A DNA stretch of 35,929 nt from a bacterium. GTDB lineage: Bacteria; UBP6; UBA1177. The notes under the pieces are model-generated. The model did no database searches. It was not told where the DNA came from and saw only the letters and a list, made by a program, of their open reading frames with translations. Below are positions 10,401 to 16,035 of the stretch, piece after piece (the stretch's first letter is position 1; every line of letters begins with the position of its first letter). Made by a program: the position numbers and the translations under genes. The stretch is taken from the NCBI GenBank assembly GCA_017615095.1, contig JAGAAT010000022.1, positions 1-35,929 of the forward strand, given 5' to 3'.

Positions 10401-10612
10401 TCGCAGGCTTCGCCGCCTTCAACGGTGCAGTCCGGCGGGAATGCGACAGGAACAAAACCCTCTTCACATTCGCAGACCGCATGTCCGGTACTGTCGTTGC
10501 ACTCACCGTGACCGCTGCAGTCAATGCCGTCGCACGGCGAAGCTTCGTTTTTCGATTTGCCGCATGAGAGCATCGCAGCAAAGAGACAAACTAAAATCAA
10601 AAATCTTTTCAT
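7439..10612 (-). CDS. Lipoprotein GH13 alpha-amylase-family glycoside hydrolase with an N-terminal EGF-like/Cys-rich module array
   Basis: Signal peptide plus lipobox MKRFLILVCLFAAMLSC|GK. About 280 aa of Cys-rich modules. GH13 conserved regions: VVPDFAANHVH (I), DGFRADALKHMD (II, nucleophile Asp), TVGESLGG (III) and FFGNHDQDR (IV), preceded by QIMTDRFLDGN. SD GGAGGAG lies upstream. Confidence 0.9.
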   Translation of the reverse strand: MKRFLILVCLFAAMLSCGKSKNEASPCDGIDCSGHGECNDSTGHAVCECEEGFVPVAFPPDCTVEGGEACDGVECDDWEECRNGECRPLPGNCNEDKDCSGTQRCDTDEHKCVAACKLIDCGGHGECVEGAAAGSGYGSGSGYQSGLHCNCEPGYIEKFENDDPTCVSEDTGNTGPGGDTGTDTGEEGPCNGVNCGGYGKCVVDNDEAKCDCYDGYIEDGLNCVPDLCRDVECEEWESCSEGDCQLAEGRCVVKTDCGSGETCDIVEHACREDLCAGVNCGNSGVCTVESGSAVCNCPDGFYDSNTSCVAITSQKPGWIGVQWPYSITKMKGDDPDKVYGQIWVDGQTGSGVPQHAEWKAQLLYKEGTGSAEYPVIAGTWNKVDADFNSGHSGDNNHEYMADFPTDKAGNFIYIFRFSLDGGATWWYCDKGVEGDNPGPNFITSASNHPGKATVNSLPKVLLELENYSKTSDSLHFELVYRGAAPIDFAASKVTMNNEVQDAESLYDEETSRFVINETSLSPNKYSWLFRLVDTSGNKIEPFFVPVWVGDGVDFAGFGWRDAFIYQIMTDRFLDGNTGNNVPASEFPHVTQDLEKWKGGDFRGIIKKIEEGYFTDMGVNALWISSPILNPHHESKGGTSSSQNDVYFTSYHAYHPVATGVNFDDDLGYENEGIDTAFGTAAELHELVEKAHERGIRVVPDFAANHVHSDAKLYQLHKDDGWFYPQVACADGNNWEDHRIDCWFTPYMPDFNYGSNPDARKTVIDHAIWLIQNFNLDGFRADALKHMDDIFIIELRTAIKNRIETTVENHDMPDEAEVFYTVGESLGGDWPRYHTRPNMVQGQVSDQYFYNVRDNIFYGGNYADLASRAINLDTTYQSVGGNGGGYPGAVMGNFFGNHDQDRALTYCNGDYNKLKHAQTLLLTSPINIPMLYQGDDIGTYGKAENGFDGGRRTVMKFTGLSGDEQAALDHVKKLGKFRKLHPALRHSTRTTCHSDSNVWLYKFEYNGDVVIAGINKGGSSYTGSCGVSGTFTSFEGGTVNVQNGQVTIPANGSLVIGK

Positions 10613-10666
10613 ATCTCCTCCAAGTCAAAATTAACTCAAACGGAGGATTATACAGATAAATTCAAT

Positions 10667-13030
10667 TTAGAAAAGAAGAACCGAGCAACCGCCAGACGAA
10701 GATTCCGATTTTTTTTGTGATTTTTTTCTGACGCAGGTGCCGTAATCGCAGTAGCCGTCATCACCTTCGGCTGTTTCGCAGGCACTCCAGTTGAGCGATG
10801 CGTCGCCGACATTGACGATACCCTGGATCTCGTTGCACTCGACACGGCAGCAGGCTCTCGGCTCAGGCATTTCGGGAGCGGTACCGACACAGGAGCCGCC
10901 CGTGCAGACTCCGTCGACAAGGCAGAGCTTGCCGGTCTCGCAGGAACTCCCCTCGTTCAAAGGCTGCTTTTCGCAAAGTCCGTTTTCAGGGTTGCAGACA
11001 CCCTCAGAGCAGAATGAGTCAAGTGAAGAGCAGTCCTTAGCGCCGATCGCTGTGCAGGTCCCGCTCTGGCAGATCTTTGCTTCGAAGCATCTGTTTTCCG
11101 GCATACCGCAGAAGATGCCGTCGGGGATATTTCTCGGCTGGCAGCTCCTGGAAGCCTCGTCACAGCTCAACTCAGTACAGGGATCATCGCTTTTGTCGCA
11201 GACAAGAGCATCGAAATTGCTCTCGCAGAAGCCGTTGACGCAGCTTTCAGTACCGGTGCAGAAGAGCCCGTCGTCGCAGTCGGAATCGCTTCCGCACTCA
11301 CTGACTCCCAGCCTGAGAGTCGGATCGCCGAGGTAGTTCGTCTCGTACTTGACCGTCAGAAGGACATCGTAGTCTGACCAGACCTCCTTTTTCGCAAAAA
11401 GATCGACTGCCGGGATCTCGTTCTTCAGAAGCGCCGTCGTGAATGATGCGCCGTACGAGAAAATATCGTTCGAACTCAGGTCATAGCCCGGGAAGATGGC
11501 TCCGTAGGAGACCTGTGAAGCTCCGACGACACCGACAGCAGTGTTTAAAAGCACCGAGTATGCAAGGCTGCCCGCCCTTTCGATCGTTCCGTTGAGACAG
11601 CTGCCCTGAAAAACGAAGGGCACTTCGCTCTTAATCCGCTTGGTCATCGGCACATCTACAAAGACCTTCGAATAGTTGAGGTCCGTGTAGGTATCGGGAT
11701 AGCCGTTTCCGTTGCGGTCGCGTTCCCAGATCGTCCTGACCGAGTATGTCGGCTCTCCGTGCCCGATCCAGTAGACAAGACCGTTGCCGGCGTTCCAGTT
11801 TTCCAGAACGGAGTCGTAGGTTATCGGATCGTTCAGGGTAAATTCCGACGGCGAAAGCCCCTCGGATTCGACCAGAGTCTTGAATGAAAAGGGCTCTGCC
11901 AGCACCGTATCCTCAAGGTACTCGACTACATAGGCGCCGTCCATCTTCGGCATATTGAAGATGCCGTCCTGCATCTCGTAGTAGGATATCGTAGTCGGGA
12001 AGAGGAAACGACGTCTGTTTTCAGCCTTCGACGGGCTCTCTTTGATGAAGTCGATCGTCCGTTTCAGGATCCTGTCGGTATTTTCCGGGTTCGTGCCGTA
12101 GATCGGGATCCTGCCTACGACCCACTCGAAATTAAGGTGGATGTAGTCTATGTGTTCGCCGTATACGCCGTTTTCCGAGCTGTCGATATCTTCGGTGAGC
12201 TCTGCATAAAAAGCATCGGTCGGAACAAGCTCGTAGCTCTGATCCTCGGCATCTCCGGGACGGACGACAAGCATCGGGACATCCTCTCCGCCCGGATCGG
12301 GATTCGCGATTATCAGAAGGAAATCATAGTTTTTGTAGACGCCTCTCAGGTATTCGCGGATCTTTTTGAAGCGCTCGACCGCCTTGAGATTCCCGCCGCC
12401 GTAGCTGTCTTCGGTCGCGACATCGACGTTGAAACCGAGCGACCTTTTAAGCGCGATATAGTTCTCGAGCTGCGTCGATTTTTCAACGAACGAGCGGTTA
12501 GTAAGGATGAGCATCGACCTGCCCTCCCCAAGCGCCGCAAGCGGTTCAAGAGTAAGGTTTTCGAAGTGGAAGCGGACTCTCTTAAGCTTCGTAACTTTGT
12601 TTTCGCCGGTCGGGAGCACGGGATAAAAATTGAACGAAATCAAATCCTTTCCGCGTTTAGAGCTCTTTGCATAGTCAAAAGTGAAGTTCTTGAGCGTAGG
12701 GATCCTCGTCTCTCTCACGGATGCCGGAACGACCGGTTTCATGTCGTAAAGCCTGTAGAGCGGAGCACCTTTTCTCAGCGGCGCCGGAAGCGTGATATCC
12801 TCCTTCGCGAGGACCTCGATGCGCGTCACCCTGCCCGAAAAGTAGAGCTTCCGGTAGGGCAGGACATAATTTTCACCCGTTCCGTCAAGCTCGTAGCCTT
12901 CGATCGCCGGAGTCACGAAACCGCCGGTTTCCGAAAGCGTCAGACCGGGCACCTCGACATCGAGATATGCCGCGCTCAGAAACGTGAAAGAGAGCAAAAC
13001 AGTTATGAAAGCAAAATGGATCACCTTCAT
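10667..13030 (-). CDS. Secreted gingipain-like (peptidase C25 family) cysteine protease with a C-terminal Cys-rich stalk and a short GCSVLLF tail
   Basis: Signal peptide MKVIHFAFITVLLSFTFLSAA. Candidate His/Cys dyad contexts are VYWIGHGEPT and FVFQGSCLNG, followed by NYLGDPTLRL as at the end of C25 catalytic domains. About 190 aa are Cys-rich (aa 579-766). The protein ends KKSQKKSESSSGGCSVLLF-stop. SD GGGAGG lies upstream. Confidence 0.78.
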   Translation of the reverse strand: MKVIHFAFITVLLSFTFLSAAYLDVEVPGLTLSETGGFVTPAIEGYELDGTGENYVLPYRKLYFSGRVTRIEVLAKEDITLPAPLRKGAPLYRLYDMKPVVPASVRETRIPTLKNFTFDYAKSSKRGKDLISFNFYPVLPTGENKVTKLKRVRFHFENLTLEPLAALGEGRSMLILTNRSFVEKSTQLENYIALKRSLGFNVDVATEDSYGGGNLKAVERFKKIREYLRGVYKNYDFLLIIANPDPGGEDVPMLVVRPGDAEDQSYELVPTDAFYAELTEDIDSSENGVYGEHIDYIHLNFEWVVGRIPIYGTNPENTDRILKRTIDFIKESPSKAENRRRFLFPTTISYYEMQDGIFNMPKMDGAYVVEYLEDTVLAEPFSFKTLVESEGLSPSEFTLNDPITYDSVLENWNAGNGLVYWIGHGEPTYSVRTIWERDRNGNGYPDTYTDLNYSKVFVDVPMTKRIKSEVPFVFQGSCLNGTIERAGSLAYSVLLNTAVGVVGASQVSYGAIFPGYDLSSNDIFSYGASFTTALLKNEIPAVDLFAKKEVWSDYDVLLTVKYETNYLGDPTLRLGVSECGSDSDCDDGLFCTGTESCVNGFCESNFDALVCDKSDDPCTELSCDEASRSCQPRNIPDGIFCGMPENRCFEAKICQSGTCTAIGAKDCSSLDSFCSEGVCNPENGLCEKQPLNEGSSCETGKLCLVDGVCTGGSCVGTAPEMPEPRACCRVECNEIQGIVNVGDASLNWSACETAEGDDGYCDYGTCVRKKSQKKSESSSGGCSVLLF

Positions 13031-13063
13031 GGGAACCTCCCGGATTATTTAGAAAAAAACGGA

Positions 13064-15676
13064 TCAGAATATACCGTCGATCTGCGACGGGTCAAGAATA
13101 TCCTTCTCCTGGACAGATGTCTGCGGCTCGGTGCCGGAATGGAAATACATCCTGACGCCCTGCCCCGGATCGGCGAGCAGACCGGTTTTCGGATCGATGT
13201 TCCTGCCAACGACGTTCGGCGGGATCTCATAATCAGTCGGCGGGAAGTTGACAAGATAACGCTCCATGAAGTCGCGCCATATCGGCAGAGCTGTTTTCGA
13301 GCCCGTCTCGACCCTTCCGATCGGCTTCCCGTGCTGGTCGTTCCCGACCCAGACACCCGCAACGAAATTCGGTGAATAGCCGATGAACCACGCATCAAAG
13401 TAGTCGTTCGTGGTGCCGGTCTTGCCCGCAACGTGACGGTTGCAGATAGATGCATCGGCAGAACCATCCTCGTCGGAAGGCTCCGTCTTGCGCTGGCATT
13501 TGTAGTGGTTGAGCCCCTTCGCGCTCGCCGCCGTACCGCGGTTGACGACATCTTCAAGGACCTTATTGGTTATGTAGGCAGTCTGCGGTGTAAGAACGTG
13601 ATTTTCCTCGCGTTTTGCAAAATGGATAAGACGTTCCAGCTTCTCCGGCGCCGAGATGTACGGGTCGTAGAATACCGAGTTGTCCTCGAGAGTTTTGCCG
13701 TACTTGTCGTAGACCTTGCGGATGTATGTCGTGTGCGGTGATTTACCCATGTTCGGGAAGTGCGCATAGGCGTCGGTCAGCTCGTCGATCGTGAGACAGC
13801 TCGAACCGAGCATACTTCCGAACTCAGGCTTGATCTGGCTTTTGATGCCGAGAGCCTTCGCCCCCTCGATAGCCTCGAAGAGCGTCAGCTTCTGAAGGAC
13901 ACGGATCGCCGGCGTGTTCATCGAGTGGATGAGAGCCTCCCAGATCGTGACCTCGCCCTTGAACGTATTTTCAAAGTTCGCCGGCTTGAAATTGGTGTCG
14001 GTGACAGTTACCGGTGCATCCAGGATCATCGAAGCAGGCGTGAAGAGCGGTTTTTTGTTTTCGCCCTTCTTCTCCATCGCGAGAGAGTAAAAGATCGGCT
14101 TGATGGCACTGCCGGGCTGTCGACATGCCTGTGTAGTGCGGTCGAATTCGCTGATTTCAAAGTCGTAGCCGCCCATCAGAGCCTTGACGTAACCCGAATA
14201 GGGGTCCTTGACGATCATCGCAGCCTGAGAAGCCGGTATCTGCTCGAGAACAAAGTAAAAATCCCTGCCGAGCTCCTTGTTGTAGTTCCTGAAGTCGAAA
14301 ACATCCTTCGTGCCCGCCTTGTCAGTAGCACGGACGAGGACGACGTCACCCGGTTTCAGGACATCCGATGCTGATCTTATCGCGACGTAGTAACCTGTCG
14401 GGTTCCACGGTTTCGCCCACTGCATATCCTCGGTGTAGATCGGTCTTTTGACCTCGCCGACTTGGACAAGAGCCTTTTTTTCGCCCGTTTCGAGAACGAC
14501 TCCCTGATAGAAGACACCGCTTTTTATGTTCTCTTCAGTCACCTTCCCGAACTGCTTTTCATGGCGCTTGAGATAGGTTTCGAGATCCTTTTTGAGATCG
14601 ATGCTGTAAAGAGGGTTCGTCACTTCGCCGGCGAATTTGGTACCCTTCTGGTAGCTCTCCTCCTCGCCGCGGCGGTATCCCTGGCGCTTCGAAAGCTCGC
14701 GCACTCCGTAAAAAACCGCCTCGTGGGCATACATCGTGGCACGCATATCGACCGTCGTATGGACAGTCAGACCCTCTTTGTAGAGCTTGTCGAAGCCGTA
14801 TTTGTCGAGAAGATAACGGCGCACCTTCTCGCTGAAATAGGGTGCCTTGTCGAGGAAAAGCTCCTTCGGCACATTGGTCGTTACCGGCTTTGCGAGAGCC
14901 GTGTCATATTCGCTTTTCGTGATATATCCGTCGTCGAACATCCGCTTCAGGACATAGTTCCTGCGGCGGAGCGACTTGTCGGGATTGAGGAGCGGAGATG
15001 CCTCCGACGGGAATTTGGGGAGTCCCGCCAGGATCGCCATCTCGTCGAGTTCGAGCTCCCAGACATGCTTGCTGAAGTACTTTCTGGATGCCGCCTCAAC
15101 GCCGTATGAACCGCTTCCGAGGTAGACTTCGTTAAGATAAAGATAGAGGATCTCCTCTTTCGAAAGGTGGCGTTCAAGCTCCATCGCGAGCAGGATATCC
15201 TTGATTTTACGGCTGTATGTCCGCTCGGTGCCGACAAAGGACTTCGCAAGCTGCTGCGTGATCGTGCTGCCGCCCTGCTTGATGCCTGTCGTCAGATACT
15301 TGAACCCGGCGCGGACGATACCGAGCGGATCGATACCGGCGTGAGAGTAGAATGACGAATCCTCGCCTGCAACAAACGCCAGCCTCAGCTTCTCGGGGAT
15401 CTTGTCGTACGGAACGATGTTCCTGCGGTTTTCATGGTAAAATTCAGCGATCAGTTCGCCGTCATAGGAGTAGACTTTAGTTCCTGAATCGGGTTTGTAG
15501 TCGCTGACCGTGCTGATGGAGGGAAGCTCCTTTTTGAACTTGGCGCAGACTATGAGCCCGACCGTCAAAACGCACACAAAAAGGCAGAGAGCAGCCAAAA
15601 GCAGCTTTTTAAGCAGACTCATTTTTTTGCCCTTTTTGCCGAAGCTGAAACTTTTGAAACGCCCTTTTACCGCCAT
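13064..15676 (-). CDS. mrcA: Penicillin-binding protein 1A (bifunctional glycosyltransferase/transpeptidase)
   Basis: N-terminal TM anchor. GT51 motifs EDSSFYSHAGID and GGSTITQQLAK. The transpeptidase part has a KTG motif (AGKTGTTNDYFDAWFIGY). The start overlaps the rbfA stop (TAATG). Confidence 0.93.
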   Translation of the reverse strand: MAVKGRFKSFSFGKKGKKMSLLKKLLLAALCLFVCVLTVGLIVCAKFKKELPSISTVSDYKPDSGTKVYSYDGELIAEFYHENRRNIVPYDKIPEKLRLAFVAGEDSSFYSHAGIDPLGIVRAGFKYLTTGIKQGGSTITQQLAKSFVGTERTYSRKIKDILLAMELERHLSKEEILYLYLNEVYLGSGSYGVEAASRKYFSKHVWELELDEMAILAGLPKFPSEASPLLNPDKSLRRRNYVLKRMFDDGYITKSEYDTALAKPVTTNVPKELFLDKAPYFSEKVRRYLLDKYGFDKLYKEGLTVHTTVDMRATMYAHEAVFYGVRELSKRQGYRRGEEESYQKGTKFAGEVTNPLYSIDLKKDLETYLKRHEKQFGKVTEENIKSGVFYQGVVLETGEKKALVQVGEVKRPIYTEDMQWAKPWNPTGYYVAIRSASDVLKPGDVVLVRATDKAGTKDVFDFRNYNKELGRDFYFVLEQIPASQAAMIVKDPYSGYVKALMGGYDFEISEFDRTTQACRQPGSAIKPIFYSLAMEKKGENKKPLFTPASMILDAPVTVTDTNFKPANFENTFKGEVTIWEALIHSMNTPAIRVLQKLTLFEAIEGAKALGIKSQIKPEFGSMLGSSCLTIDELTDAYAHFPNMGKSPHTTYIRKVYDKYGKTLEDNSVFYDPYISAPEKLERLIHFAKREENHVLTPQTAYITNKVLEDVVNRGTAASAKGLNHYKCQRKTEPSDEDGSADASICNRHVAGKTGTTNDYFDAWFIGYSPNFVAGVWVGNDQHGKPIGRVETGSKTALPIWRDFMERYLVNFPPTDYEIPPNVVGRNIDPKTGLLADPGQGVRMYFHSGTEPQTSVQEKDILDPSQIDGIF

Positions 15677-16035
15677 TATTTCTCCTGATCTTCGTGCTTC
15701 AGTTCATCAAAAAGCTTCTCGAGGCGGATCATCTTTTCAACGGAATCGTCGTAAACGAACCTGATTTCCGGCATCATCTTGAGATTCCTGATGTGCGCCG
15801 CCAGCTTGAAGCGGACGTTTTTAGTATTATCCTCGAGGAACTCCTGGATCGGACGGATATCCTTTTCGCCGAATACGGAATAGAAGATCTTCGCCGAACG
15901 CAGATCCTGCGAAACCGATACATGGCTTATCGTGATCGAATCTGCCGGAGTACCGCCGAAGTCGCTCAAAACAAGCGTGCTTACGAAACGGCGGATCGAT
16001 TCAGCGACCCTGTTCTGCCTGATAACCCCAGCCAT
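15676..16035 (-). CDS. rbfA: Ribosome-binding factor A
   Basis: About 119 aa. RQNRVAESIRRFVSTLV...ITISHVSVSQDLRSAKIFYSV fits RbfA, and the position directly after infB is canonical. The ATG at 16035 overlaps the infB TGA (TGATG). The track start at 16038 is a TTG. Confidence 0.9.
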   Translation of the reverse strand: MAGVIRQNRVAESIRRFVSTLVLSDFGGTPADSITISHVSVSQDLRSAKIFYSVFGEKDIRPIQEFLEDNTKNVRFKLAAHIRNLKMMPEIRFVYDDSVEKMIRLEKLFDELKHEDQEK

